Shown piece by piece: positions 10,599 through 20,154 of a stretch of DNA of 64,000 nucleotides. The stretch is from positions 38,734 through 102,733 of the forward strand of contig JBAZMW010000005.1 of the NCBI GenBank assembly GCA_041649575.1, written 5' to 3'. Every line of letters begins with the position of its first letter. Position 1 is the stretch's first letter. A program made the position numbers and the translations under genes. The notes beneath the pieces were generated by a model, which was given only the letters and a program-made list of their open reading frames with translations, had not been told where the DNA came from and ran no database searches. The stretch is from Patescibacteria group bacterium (GTDB lineage: Bacteria > Patescibacteriota > Patescibacteriia > 2-01-FULL-39-33).

Positions 10599-10669
10599 TT
10601 TTTGATTTTTAATAGTCCCGACCAAGCGCGTTAACGCTCGGTCGGGACTAGTTGTAACTGGTTGGCGGA

Positions 10670-11551
10670 TCAGAATTCGAACCGGAGTCCGAGTCCTGCC
10701 ACCAACTTATTGCCGTCGACATAGTCCTTGTCGCCGTCGGTTTGACCCGGTCCGGCGATTTGGTACATCAGAGACGGCACGAGGAACAGCCCTTCGTGCA
10801 GACGGAAGTCGGTGCTGACCACTATCCTGGTGTAGACATAGCCGCCGTCCTTGCCAAGGAACCCGGTGGTTAGGGCGCTTCTGACGCCCAAATCCAGCTT
10901 TTGTTCCTTGCCCAGCGGCAGGTGGAAATTGACACCGGGAAACAGATACCAACCTCCTTGGGGACTGTGGTGGCCAACCTCGCCGTAGTAGGTCAGCTTC
11001 AGGTAAGGTTCGACCCACTTGGCCTTGGTGACCGTGGCTTGGACTTGAGCTCCCCACTGGTCGTCGTCGAGCTTTTCCAGCTCGTTGAAGCCGTAGTAGG
11101 ACAGGTTCAGGTCGAGCTTGAGCCAATCTCTTAGCTGGCATTCACGACCAAGGTAGAGGTCGATCTCGCCCTCAAACGGCGGAGCTGGTTCGGGCGGGGG
11201 GTTGAGCAGCAACTGCAGCTTGCCGACAGCGTCAGCCAGTTTGTCCAGATCGGGATTTTCCGGCACTTGACTGGTCGTCGCCGCTGTTTCGGCGTCGGGT
11301 TCGGCCGCTTCCTGCCGTTCGAACGGGAAGGAAGACCAGATGCCAGCATACCAACCAGACTCACCAAACCTCAAGGTCAGTTCGTTCTCCCAGACCGGCT
11401 GGTCGTGAACTAAGATGCCGGCCTCGGCGATGTAGGCGCCCTTTATTTCGCTGCGCCAGCTACCTTTCAGTTGAAGCTTGCCCGCTTCGTCCGCGCTGGC
11501 GGCGAAGACGATCGAGGTGATGACCAATATTGTACCCATGATTTTCTTCAT
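10670..11551 (-). CDS. Secreted beta-barrel-like outer-membrane protein (C-terminal Phe)
   Basis: Signal peptide MKKIMGTILVITSIVFAASA. Alternating amphipathic strands. Ends ..LGLRFEF with a terminal aromatic as in OMP beta-barrels. Strong SD (AAGGAG). GC-rich segment. Confidence 0.5.
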   Translation of the reverse strand: MKKIMGTILVITSIVFAASADEAGKLQLKGSWRSEIKGAYIAEAGILVHDQPVWENELTLRFGESGWYAGIWSSFPFERQEAAEPDAETAATTSQVPENPDLDKLADAVGKLQLLLNPPPEPAPPFEGEIDLYLGRECQLRDWLKLDLNLSYYGFNELEKLDDDQWGAQVQATVTKAKWVEPYLKLTYYGEVGHHSPQGGWYLFPGVNFHLPLGKEQKLDLGVRSALTTGFLGKDGGYVYTRIVVSTDFRLHEGLFLVPSLMYQIAGPGQTDGDKDYVDGNKLVAGLGLRFEF

Positions 11552-11620
11552 GCTAGTGCTCCTTAGTTGCGGGAACGATTTGCGTGTTCCCTGACAGTCA
11601 ATTGATCCAGTTCATCCGGT

Positions 11621-12952
11621 TCAGGCCATCAGGGATTTGGGCACATGATCTATCCTCTCGAACGCCCCCAGGCTTAGATGTGAAACCGTCACGACCATTA
11701 ATTGCTCGACTACTTCTATTACCGCCAGCAGAACTCTCTCTGGCAGAAGCGTCGGATTGCTGGTCGGCCCGTCTCTAGCGCAGTGCACCAGCGTTTCAGT
11801 ACTGGAGACGGAACAAACCATGGTCGGCTGTCGTTCTTCCAGCGCTTGCGCTCGGGCCAGGGCAGAACAAATCAGCCCGAAGAGCATCAGCAGGCCCACC
11901 GTCGCCAACGCTTTGCGCCTGGCCAAGTCTTGCTCGGCTTGGATTAGCGCCAGGAGTTGGTGGAGCTGGAAGCGTGGCTGACTGGCCAATTCGGCGAGGT
12001 AGGCTTTCTCGGCCGCGGACAACTGATAGCCGCTCGGTTTGTCGCGCAGGTATTCCGCCTTGAGACGCAGGCGTCTCAGCTCGGTGGCCGCCGTGGTTTC
12101 GTGCGGGTAGAGCCAGACATACACCGGCCAACCAACCAGCATTTTGGCGAAACGTAACGGCGCCAAACCTATTTCGCTACGCAACCCTAGGGTGTCGTCA
12201 GCCCAAAGGCGAACGAGGTAGAGGATAAAACAGACCACTATTCCCTTAAGGTAGGTAGTGAGAAGCCACCGGGCGATGGCCAGCCAGTCGATCTTGGGGT
12301 CGGCAATTGCTGTCGCCCTCGAATACCAGTTGCTGTATTGCTCCTCTCTCTTCATCTGTGCCAGACTGTCGAAGTCCTCTTCATTCTTCTTGTCTCGCCA
12401 GCCGTTTTTCATGGCTAGCTGCTGGGCGTCGTCCATACCACTTCCCCAGGCATCAACGTCGAAAGAGTAGCGCAGGGGCATGAGGTTGGCCTTACAAAGA
12501 TCCAGTTGCTTCTGGAGATCTGCAAAGTAGTCTTCGAGGAAGTACTGTTCTTCTTTGGCCAACCCTTGTTGCCAGAGGTTCTTGACTGTGGTCGAGTAGA
12601 ACTTAGCCGTCTCTTCTGGAGACGGCCTGGTCGGCCTGATCTCCGGCAGGATGACACAGTTGTTCATCCGACCGATGATTTGCCACTGTTTTTCGATTTC
12701 TTCGGCCGTCGGGTGATGCACGAAGCAGGCGCCCTTGAAGACAAAGAAGCGGTCTCCTTGCGGATTCCAGGGGATGACTATTCCCTGAATAGCCCAGACT
12801 ACCCCGAGCAGACACAGGATGGCCGTGATTCGGTTCAGCCAGCTGGCTGGTCTCCAAGGCCACCTTGTTTCTGATGGTGGATGGTCGATGTTGCAGTCGT
12901 CGACCAACACTCGCACCGAACCAGCTGGTCCGTCGTGATATCGCCAAGCCAT
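11621..12952 (-). CDS. Hypothetical membrane protein (GC-rich island)
   Basis: 443 aa with a few TM segments and a strong SD (AAGGAGGTG). No recognisable motifs. Confidence 0.5.
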   Translation of the reverse strand: MAWRYHDGPAGSVRVLVDDCNIDHPPSETRWPWRPASWLNRITAILCLLGVVWAIQGIVIPWNPQGDRFFVFKGACFVHHPTAEEIEKQWQIIGRMNNCVILPEIRPTRPSPEETAKFYSTTVKNLWQQGLAKEEQYFLEDYFADLQKQLDLCKANLMPLRYSFDVDAWGSGMDDAQQLAMKNGWRDKKNEEDFDSLAQMKREEQYSNWYSRATAIADPKIDWLAIARWLLTTYLKGIVVCFILYLVRLWADDTLGLRSEIGLAPLRFAKMLVGWPVYVWLYPHETTAATELRRLRLKAEYLRDKPSGYQLSAAEKAYLAELASQPRFQLHQLLALIQAEQDLARRKALATVGLLMLFGLICSALARAQALEERQPTMVCSVSSTETLVHCARDGPTSNPTLLPERVLLAVIEVVEQLMVVTVSHLSLGAFERIDHVPKSLMA

Positions 12953-13049
12953 GGCTTTTGTTCACCTCCTTCCGTATAGATTGTAGAGTGCATTGTTCAG
13001 CGGAATGCTAAACATTATATTTTATACTAATTTCTAGTTTTTGTCAAGT

Positions 13050-13093
13050 TTGAATTTGAAAAAACAAAATCCCCGACTTTAGTCGGGGATTGG
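13050..13093 (-). terminator. Intrinsic terminator of rpsA
   Basis: Hairpin ATCCCCGAC-TTTA-GTCGGGGAT followed on the minus strand by TTTTGTTTTTT. Confidence 0.5.
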
Positions 13094-13104
13094 GTAGTTA
13101 ATTT

Positions 13105-14322
13105 TTATTCTTCTTCTTTTTCTTCTTCCGTCTTTGGTGCTGGCGCTGCTTTTGGCTCTTCGGTTTTTTCCGGTTCAATTTTTTCTTTGGGTTCCGCTGT
13201 TTTTTTGGCTTCTTCGGCCGGCTTTTCTTTTGGCTTGGTCAAACTAAGTCCCAGCCGATGATTTTTGGAATCCATGGAAACAATATAAAAATCCATTTGG
13301 TCGCCGGCCTTGGCGATTTCTTCGATATTATTTATCGGCTTGTCGCTTAATTGGGAAATATGGGCCAAGCCCTGGATGTCTTTGTCTATTTCCACAAACA
13401 AGCCAAAAGGGTTGGCTTTGATTACGGTGCCAGAGATTTTTTGGCCGATCTGAAAGCGATTTTCCAAGCCTTCCCAAGGATCTTTCTGCAGCTTTTTGGT
13501 TGATAAAAATATTTTGGAATTTTCAATGGAGATAATTTCCGCTTTGATTCGCTGGCCCACTTTGACAAAATCATTGGGATCGTCGATTCTTTGCCAGGCG
13601 ATTTCCGAAATGTGAATCAGCCCTTCCAGCTTGTCGAATTCCACAAAAATGCCGAAGTCGGTGACGGCGGTGACCAAGCCATCAACCACCTCGCCCACTT
13701 TATATTTATTGATAATGTCTTGCTGGGTTTCTTCCCAAGCGGCTTTTTCGGAAACTATTAATTTGTCTTCGCCCTCATTGGCGTCAATCACTTTGACTTC
13801 GAATTTTTTGCCGATATAGGATTTGAGAATTTCCAGAATTCGATTTTTGTCGCCGCCAGGCACGCGCGGGTAATGCTCGGGAGACAACTGGGAAACCGGC
13901 AGAAAGCCCACCGTGCTTTCCAGCTTGACCATTAGGCCGCCTTTGTTGGCGTCGGTGACCGTCACCTCGATAATGGAGGCCCCTTTCTCGTATTGTTTGA
14001 TGCTTTGCCAGGCCCTTTGGCGGCCGGCATAGCGGAAAGACAATTCTACTTCGCCGTTTTCGTTTTCCAATTCCAAAACAGTGGCTTCGACTTCGTCGCC
14101 AGGTTTGAGGTTGCGGTATTCATCGGCTTCGCTGTAGCGTTCTTTGCCGCGCACCAAACCGGTGGCGATGCCGTTTAAATCCAGATGCGCTTCGTTTTTG
14201 TTGGCGCTAATAACCGTGCCTCTGACCAAATCGCCGATTTTTGGCAAATTAAAATACTGCTTATCTTCAAGCAGTTTGGCCATAGGTGAATCTTTCTTTT
14301 CTTTCTTTTCCTTAGTTTTCAT
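13105..14322 (-). CDS. rpsA: 30S ribosomal protein S1 (multiple S1 RNA-binding domains)
   Basis: 405 aa with repeated S1-domain signatures (GDLVRGTV.., GEVVDGLVTAVTDFGIFVE, GQKISGTVIKANPFGLFVE) and a Lys/Glu-rich tail. Confidence 0.8.
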   Translation of the reverse strand: MKTKEKKEKKDSPMAKLLEDKQYFNLPKIGDLVRGTVISANKNEAHLDLNGIATGLVRGKERYSEADEYRNLKPGDEVEATVLELENENGEVELSFRYAGRQRAWQSIKQYEKGASIIEVTVTDANKGGLMVKLESTVGFLPVSQLSPEHYPRVPGGDKNRILEILKSYIGKKFEVKVIDANEGEDKLIVSEKAAWEETQQDIINKYKVGEVVDGLVTAVTDFGIFVEFDKLEGLIHISEIAWQRIDDPNDFVKVGQRIKAEIISIENSKIFLSTKKLQKDPWEGLENRFQIGQKISGTVIKANPFGLFVEIDKDIQGLAHISQLSDKPINNIEEIAKAGDQMDFYIVSMDSKNHRLGLSLTKPKEKPAEEAKKTAEPKEKIEPEKTEEPKAAPAPKTEEEKEEE

Positions 14323-14472
14323 AAAAATTTATTTAGCCCTCGTCTTGAATAGCGACAGAGCCCCGCTTTTTAATAATTAAATTAGTGGTTGCGGGTATTA
14401 ATTAGCTAAGCATTAGCATAGCAGATTGACGAGAGAATGTCAATGGAGTATATTTAGAATAATTTATTTTAT

Positions 14473-14530
14473 GTAAATATGTTTTACTTTTTCTTTTCTA
14501 GAAAAGAAAAAGCTAACAAAAAGAAAAAAG
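14473..14530. repeat. Conserved ~58-nt intergenic element, copy B
   Basis: TTTTTCTTTTCTAGAAAAGAAAAAGCTAACAAAAAGAAAAAAGCGCTCGC, about 85% identical to 3013-3070. Confidence 0.45.
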
Positions 14531-14556
14531 CGCTCGCAGAATAATGTTTATAAATC

Positions 14557-14871
14557 ATGTCATTTACTAGAAAAAAAGAGGATTTTGTCTGCGGTAACTG
14601 CGGACACGAAGTTGAGGGCGACGGTTATACCAATCACTGTCCGAAGTGTTTATGGTCTAAGCATGTGGACAAGAATCCCGGCGATCGGCAAGAGGAATGC
14701 GGCGGGCTGATGAAGCCAGTTGATATATATCTGGAGCATCAAAATTGGATTATTGTGCATCAGTGTCAGACTTGCAGCGCCCAGAAGCGCAATCGAGTGA
14801 ATGACGGCGATGATTTTGAAGAGGTGATCAGATTGGAAAAAGAAATAAATGACAAAAAAATAAAGGGCTAA
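14557..14871 (+). CDS. RNHCP-domain zinc-ribbon protein
   Basis: FVCGNCGHEV..YTNHCPKCLWSKHVD..CQTCSAQKRNR: paired CxxC motifs with the NHCP signature of RNHCP domain proteins. Confidence 0.65.
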   Translation: MSFTRKKEDFVCGNCGHEVEGDGYTNHCPKCLWSKHVDKNPGDRQEECGGLMKPVDIYLEHQNWIIVHQCQTCSAQKRNRVNDGDDFEEVIRLEKEINDKKIKG

Positions 14872-14928
14872 AAATAATTGGATTGCTATTAAAAGTAGCG
14901 TTTTAGGCGCTATTTTTTATTTTTTTAA

Positions 14929-14979
14929 GTTATCCACAGAAAAGCTATTGACCATAAATATTAAAAGAGTTAGTATAAT
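14929..14979 (+). promoter_or_regulatory. DnaA-box 11-mer GTTATCCACAG followed by a sigma70-like promoter (TTGACC-17-TAGTATAAT)
   Basis: TTATCCACA at 14930-14938. -35 TTGACC at 14948-14953, a 17-nt spacer, -10 TAGTAT(AAT) at 14971-14979. Identical architecture at 20088-20148. Confidence 0.45.
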
Positions 14980-14984
14980 TATAC

Positions 14985-15239
14985 GAACATTGGAAGGCCT
15001 AGTGAGAGAATCTAGGGAGTAGAAACTCTCACAGAAAAGGCGAGTGCCCTCTATGTACTCAACACCGCGGAACTTTCCAGGGTTCCAACCATCACGCATT
15101 GTACTGGACGAGAGGAGTACACAGGGTAACTCAACGTTGCAAACCGCTAGCTCACGACCCGAGCGCGCATCCGAAGCGTTTAGCAACGCACATCACTCCC
15201 ATCGCCGAGACCATCGCAAGACGGTCTCTTCCTTTTTTT
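14985..15239 (+). ncRNA. Candidate structured small RNA (about 250 nt), class unknown
   Basis: GC-rich segment with no credible ORF. It starts just after the promoter above and ends in a rho-independent terminator (GAGACCATCGCAAGACGGTCTC plus TTCCTTTTTTT at 15207-15239). Not matched by me to tmRNA, RNase P or SRP consensus. Confidence 0.3.
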
Positions 15240-15394
15240 ATGAAAAATTTTTGATTTTAATTTTTTAAAGGTAGTAAGGGATTATATTAGAGACATGAAT
15301 TTATTAAGTCATTTTTTAGATACAAAAAAAGACGGGCATGGAGAGTGAGATTCAACTCTCCGCCCGTCTTCGTGAGGTGCAAAGGCCACTATCG

Positions 15395-16603
15395 TCAGAA
15401 TTTCCACGCCGTTTCGGCGAAACAGCGTGGATTTTCTCGATATTGACCCATGAAGGTGTCCTTTTCTCCCAAAGGCACACCCAGGCCAGCCTTAACCTCG
15501 AAGTCGTCCTTCCTCCAAGTCAGGGACGGTTCAAAGTAGGCGTCGCCGTGTTCAAGGTTCAGAGAGCCGCTGAGCTCCACCGACCAACGACCCGTGTCAT
15601 TGGGAGTATACTTTATCCGGTAGAGCAGGGCTCCGTCGAGGCCTCGACGAAAGTCTTTCGCCCGGAACAAATCCGGGGTTTCTTTCCGAGTCTCGACTTC
15701 GAAAGCGTACTGCAGCAGGACAGACAAGCTGTCTGTTTTCCTGAATGGCTTGTTCCATTCGTGATCCACTCCCACGACACACTGGAGGAAATCGTCGGCG
15801 TTCTTCTGTCTGAAGTAGCCGGCTTCGGCGCGCAGGTTGTAGCCGCTAGAGATTTCCGTCGCCAGGGAGATGGCGATGACTTGTTCTTCGCGGTAGGTGG
15901 GAATAATCTGTTTCGGTAGCTTCAGCTCAAACGACGGAGTGTAGCTCAAGCCGTCGTAGAAGCTTGCGCCCAGGTCCCAGCCCTTTATTGTACAACCAGC
16001 ACGAAGCGCGAGTTGGCCGTGGCCGTTTTCTGGTTCGCCTAGCTCCAGATTGTTTGGGAGCGCTTGTCCCCAACGTTCACTGGCAGGGAGTCTTGACGGG
16101 GTGAACCACGGAACGTAGACCAGTTCCAGGTACTTGTCATAGCCTAGGCGGATATCAACGGCTGGCACTCCCATTCTCTCCCAGTCAATAACATCTGTCA
16201 GGTCGCGGGGACAGATATTGTCGTTTGGCGAGACGGTGTCGGTCACCGACCAGTCGAATACCTGTTTGCCAAGACGTAGCCGAAGCCACTTCCAAGAGGT
16301 TTCTGCGTACAGTTCCCTCGCGCCGACTATCGGTCGGTGTCCAGTCGAGTCGTCGAACACGCCTTGGGCAAATCCGGCGCTGTCCAAGCGAAGGTCGCCT
16401 TCGGCATGAATTAGGAAATGCTTTGAGAATACGGCCGTCACCTTTGGCTTAAGCCGCATTTCTGCAAAAGCATCTTCCGCTTCACTGGACTTGTGGCTGA
16501 AATAGCCATCTCCCCGCAACTCGAGCTGCCCGCCGGTTTTCCATTCCAACCCTTGGGCGACTAGCGACAGGGAGATCAGGAGCAGGATAGTAGTACCTTT
16601 CAT
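15395..16603 (-). CDS. Outer-membrane beta-barrel-like protein (partner of the MMPL/LolA-like cassette)
   Basis: 402 aa. Signal peptide MKGTTILLLISLSLVAQG. Beta-strand-rich. Ends ..ETAWKF (C-terminal Phe). GC-rich. Confidence 0.5.
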   Translation of the reverse strand: MKGTTILLLISLSLVAQGLEWKTGGQLELRGDGYFSHKSSEAEDAFAEMRLKPKVTAVFSKHFLIHAEGDLRLDSAGFAQGVFDDSTGHRPIVGARELYAETSWKWLRLRLGKQVFDWSVTDTVSPNDNICPRDLTDVIDWERMGVPAVDIRLGYDKYLELVYVPWFTPSRLPASERWGQALPNNLELGEPENGHGQLALRAGCTIKGWDLGASFYDGLSYTPSFELKLPKQIIPTYREEQVIAISLATEISSGYNLRAEAGYFRQKNADDFLQCVVGVDHEWNKPFRKTDSLSVLLQYAFEVETRKETPDLFRAKDFRRGLDGALLYRIKYTPNDTGRWSVELSGSLNLEHGDAYFEPSLTWRKDDFEVKAGLGVPLGEKDTFMGQYRENPRCFAETAWKF

Positions 16604-16607
16604 CGCG

Positions 16608-17384
16608 TTACTCCTTTGTCAGGTGAGCGGTTGTGAAGATGGAAGGCTCAATAGAGTCAGGAAACTCTCTCTTCACGACTCGCAACACAGTCGTCCTTCC
16701 TAGCGCGACATTCTCAATCGCGGTAGCGCCAGCTCGCCATAGCCCGCCTTCTTTTGCTTCGACGTCTTTGTTGACAAGCGTTTTGACTAGCCTGTCGGCT
16801 TGGTCGTAGAAGCGAATCTCCCTGGTGATGAAGCTTCTATCTATCAGAAAGACCCTCTTTCCGTAGCCGGATTTGATTCCAGGCTTGGATCGCGCTTCAA
16901 CCGCCCAGACGCCCTCCTTGCACTCCAGTGTCTGGTAATCGAAGTCATCGAGGCGTTCGCCGGTGAGTTGCCTGGCGTCCTCGTAGCTGAAATCAGTCCC
17001 GGCGAAATACTTACTCTCGTCACCGACAGAGATTCGTCGAACCTTGTCGAACGATGGCAGCTTGAGCCATAGGTCGTCAGCATTTCCCGGATGACGGTTG
17101 ACCAGCAGGCCTAACCCGCGATCCATGGCTGGTTCGCCAAAGATCATGCACGTCTTGTCCTCGCCATTTGGCTCGAACAAGATCCAGCGAGTATAGGCCT
17201 TTTCCGTCTTCCGGCCGCTGTATCCCGTCACGACGACTTGCACGTTCTCGATTTCGTAGACTGACTGGCGATACAGCTGCCAGCTTTTGCCTACGATTTC
17301 TCGGCCGTTGTCGGTGGTGGTTTGCGCCGAAGCGACAACTGTCGACAACATGGCCGCTATTACTATTAGCATGGTTTTCTTCAT
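16608..17384 (-). CDS. LolA-like outer-membrane lipoprotein-sorting-like protein
   Basis: Start placed at MKKTMLIVIAAM (ATG 17384, RBS GGGAGA) with a signal peptide. Only the genomic position next to the MMPL gene supports the LolA-like/DUF1329-type call; no LolA motif was identified. The longer track ORF overlaps the MMPL gene and is rejected. Confidence 0.5.
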   Translation of the reverse strand: MKKTMLIVIAAMLSTVVASAQTTTDNGREIVGKSWQLYRQSVYEIENVQVVVTGYSGRKTEKAYTRWILFEPNGEDKTCMIFGEPAMDRGLGLLVNRHPGNADDLWLKLPSFDKVRRISVGDESKYFAGTDFSYEDARQLTGERLDDFDYQTLECKEGVWAVEARSKPGIKSGYGKRVFLIDRSFITREIRFYDQADRLVKTLVNKDVEAKEGGLWRAGATAIENVALGRTTVLRVVKREFPDSIEPSIFTTAHLTKE

Positions 17385-17446
17385 GTTGTGTCTCCCGATG
17401 TGGTTGAGCCGGGCAAGCAACCAAAGGTTGCCGCCCGGCTTGTTTC

Positions 17447-19894
17447 TCATTTCTTTTCTCGCCCTACCACGCAGAGTGGCAGAGCGGCCAGCATGGCCAC
17501 CATGGCGCCGAAGCCGCAAGCGATTAGCATGGCAATCATCACCCATCCCAGCCGTGCGACCGGAATGAAATTTGATGCCGTAAGAGGCAAGAAACAAAAG
17601 CAGTTCAGCGTAATGTCAACCAAAACCGCTCGTCCCTTGTCTCTCATACTGCCTCGCAGCGCTTCAAGTCGGCCTGTGGTCTGGATGATCGGTTGATACG
17701 CAGCTACCAAGTACAAGCCGAAGTCCATGGCCGCGTTTATCGCCATGGCGGTAACGCAGGCAGTGGCTTGGTCTAGCGGTATTCTTAGTACCATCATTAA
17801 TACAGCGATGACCGCAGTAGCGAAGATAAACGGCACGTTCATGACCAGTCCGGTGCGCCAGCTGCTAAGGCACGTCGTACCTCCTCTTATTCCGCGGTTG
17901 CGCCAGAAGATCCAGAGCCCGCAGATAATAGCGACAATCCATTGCGAAGTCAGCAGGTTTAGCGGCTTGCCTTCACGGATGTATTTGTCGTTACGAGGAT
18001 AGATCGGTACTTTGCCAAACGGCAAGATTTGCAGTCCGGGAAATTGCTCTCCCAGTTCTCTTATCTCGTCGCAGAGCTGGCCCAGGACATTGGAGTCTTC
18101 CATGGCTGTAGAGGCAAAGATCACGACCCCTTGGTCGAACCACAGTTGTTGCTGCACTGGTGGTCCTACGTCCCAGGAGATGATCTCCCAGATGTCGTGA
18201 GCTTGCTGAGTGGTTGTTGGCCACTTTACGCCATATGACTCTCGCGATACCACGCCGACCGTGTCTAGAGCGGATTTGACTTCTCGGACATTGGCCAGCC
18301 TGGCGATCGCGTTTTGGAACTCGACCGCTTTTTGGATGAAGGCGGGGTCGTCCACCGTTGTCGCTCTTGAGGGCATAACCAGGACTGACACGCGGTCGAA
18401 ACCGTACCTGTCGTTCTCGTTGAGGAATTTGCTGGCGCGATATACTATCGTGCCAGGGATATATTCCAAGGGTCTGGTCCGGACTTCTATGAAGTCAAAG
18501 TCCTTGCTAACCCCAGGGATATAATCCAAACTGATCATGCCGATCGTGGCAACAACCAGCGCCCCAACCAGAGACAGTGACAGCCAGCCAATCTTTCGGT
18601 AGGCAAAGCGCCCTTTCTTGTTTCGGCCGATGACAGCGGTGATCAGACGGACGATGCCACAGAGGAATCTGTCCCAGATCGCCGCCGCCCAGGCTATACG
18701 ACTCAGACTGTTTTTCACAGATACCGCTTCGCCACCCACCAACGAGTGGAGGGCTGGCAAAAACAGTAGTGATAACAGGATGAGATACGCGATGCCGAGA
18801 CTGGCGAAAATCCCTACCTCCATAATTCCTCTGACGCCGATCTGGTAGAGGGTCAGGAAGTTGAGGATGGCAATCAGCGCTGTCACGCCTATCACGCCAT
18901 TGATGGATCGGGATCGGCGCCAGACAGCAGCCATCGTGGCCTGGTTGTCGGCTAGTCGGTTTTCGTTGTAGGCACAGAACTTGTGCACTGCGAACGAAAT
19001 GCCGGCTACGATGATGGCGGTGTCAACCAGCAGGAAATACACCCGTTCGTAAACAGGCAGTCCTGCTATTTGTGCCAGCCCGATTGATCCCCGCGCCCAG
19101 ATAAAGCAGATCAAAACCACGAGAGTGGCAATCACTGCCTGTCTTAGCGATCTTAGAGACACCCAGGCGATGAGGCAGACAAGACCCAGTCCGATCGTAG
19201 ACAGCCTCATGACGTCGGCTGTAAGCGAAGAGAAGATCAGGCCTCGGCCAATCACCCAGCCAGCCGGCATGACTCTTTCGAATCTGCCTGTCGGCTTAAT
19301 GTCTGACTTGAAAAACCACTCCCATTCGGGGATCTCCCTCTGCTCCAGCATATTCGCCACGTTTCGAAACGTCTTCATCTCCTCGTAGCCGACCGGTAGC
19401 AGCAGGATTATTTGGGAGTAATCAAATTCTTTCCCAATCAGCAGGCCGTATACCCCGGAATCCCGGCGAACATCAGCTTTCCATCTTTCGATGTCAAACC
19501 GAGGATCGTCCAGGAGTTTCTGGGATATGTAGGGGTCACTGGAGAGAGCGTCACCAGTGTCTTGGTAGTGGGCCGCTTTGGACAAACTCAGAATTCCAAA
19601 ACCCGGAAAGCTTTTTTCCAGCGTTTCCGTGAACCAAGAGACGTACTCCATGTCTTCTTTGGTGATGGCTTTTGGAAACTGAACTACGAAAGAAATGGCA
19701 TCTCCGGTTTTCAGGCCTTGAGAAGCCAGTCCTTTCACTCGTTCATCTAGGAGGCGGTAGGGGTCTTGCTTGTTAAGCAGGGCGTCGTCGAGATCTCCCG
19801 CTTTTTTGACGTAGAGATTGCCATACAACATCGGTACGGTCAATACCAATACGGCGATCACTACAACCAGAGCAAAACGCTTGTCGTGCTTCAT
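17447..19894 (-). CDS. MMPL/RND-superfamily exporter
   Basis: 815 aa. Two blocks of about 6 TM helices each follow large extracytoplasmic loops, typical of MMPL/RND (HpnN-like) architecture. RBS GGGAGGA. Confidence 0.75.
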   Translation of the reverse strand: MKHDKRFALVVVIAVLVLTVPMLYGNLYVKKAGDLDDALLNKQDPYRLLDERVKGLASQGLKTGDAISFVVQFPKAITKEDMEYVSWFTETLEKSFPGFGILSLSKAAHYQDTGDALSSDPYISQKLLDDPRFDIERWKADVRRDSGVYGLLIGKEFDYSQIILLLPVGYEEMKTFRNVANMLEQREIPEWEWFFKSDIKPTGRFERVMPAGWVIGRGLIFSSLTADVMRLSTIGLGLVCLIAWVSLRSLRQAVIATLVVLICFIWARGSIGLAQIAGLPVYERVYFLLVDTAIIVAGISFAVHKFCAYNENRLADNQATMAAVWRRSRSINGVIGVTALIAILNFLTLYQIGVRGIMEVGIFASLGIAYLILLSLLFLPALHSLVGGEAVSVKNSLSRIAWAAAIWDRFLCGIVRLITAVIGRNKKGRFAYRKIGWLSLSLVGALVVATIGMISLDYIPGVSKDFDFIEVRTRPLEYIPGTIVYRASKFLNENDRYGFDRVSVLVMPSRATTVDDPAFIQKAVEFQNAIARLANVREVKSALDTVGVVSRESYGVKWPTTTQQAHDIWEIISWDVGPPVQQQLWFDQGVVIFASTAMEDSNVLGQLCDEIRELGEQFPGLQILPFGKVPIYPRNDKYIREGKPLNLLTSQWIVAIICGLWIFWRNRGIRGGTTCLSSWRTGLVMNVPFIFATAVIAVLMMVLRIPLDQATACVTAMAINAAMDFGLYLVAAYQPIIQTTGRLEALRGSMRDKGRAVLVDITLNCFCFLPLTASNFIPVARLGWVMIAMLIACGFGAMVAMLAALPLCVVGREKK

Positions 19895-20087
19895 GTTCTA
19901 TATCCTCCCGAAGCCATTTCAGGCCCCGTAGTTTAGGTCTTAATTGTCAACGTTCTTGGCTTTAAGTTGCTTTTTAAGCAACTATTAATATTAACATATT
20001 TATTTTTTTATGTCAAGTATTATTAAAGTAATATTATCTTTAAAATGCTGTTATAAATATTTTATTTTGTTAATATTTTATTTTTGA

Positions 20088-20148
20088 GTTATCCACAGCT
20101 ATTGATTTTATTGCTATTGACAAACTTATATTTTTTTGCTAGTATAAT
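20088..20148 (+). promoter_or_regulatory. DnaA-box 11-mer GTTATCCACAG followed by a sigma70-like promoter (TTGACA-17-TAGTATAAT)
   Basis: TTATCCACA at 20089-20097. TTGACA at 20117-20122, a 17-nt spacer, TAGTAT(AAT) at 20140-20148. Confidence 0.45.
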
Positions 20149-20154
20149 CATACT

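Noticed and set aside
15338-15919. 193-aa plus-strand ORF and other long antisense ORFs (for example 3872-4438, 8873-9274, 10707-11141, 30506-31126, 36621-37049)
   Set aside because: Each lies entirely inside a well-supported gene on the opposite strand or inside the candidate ncRNA and lacks motifs. These are typical shadow ORFs.
16608-17597. Long N-terminal extension of the LolA-like ORF (start at 17597)
   Set aside because: The extension overlaps the 3-prime end of the MMPL gene, is Arg/Gly-rich junk, and an internal Met at 17384 has a proper RBS and a signal peptide.
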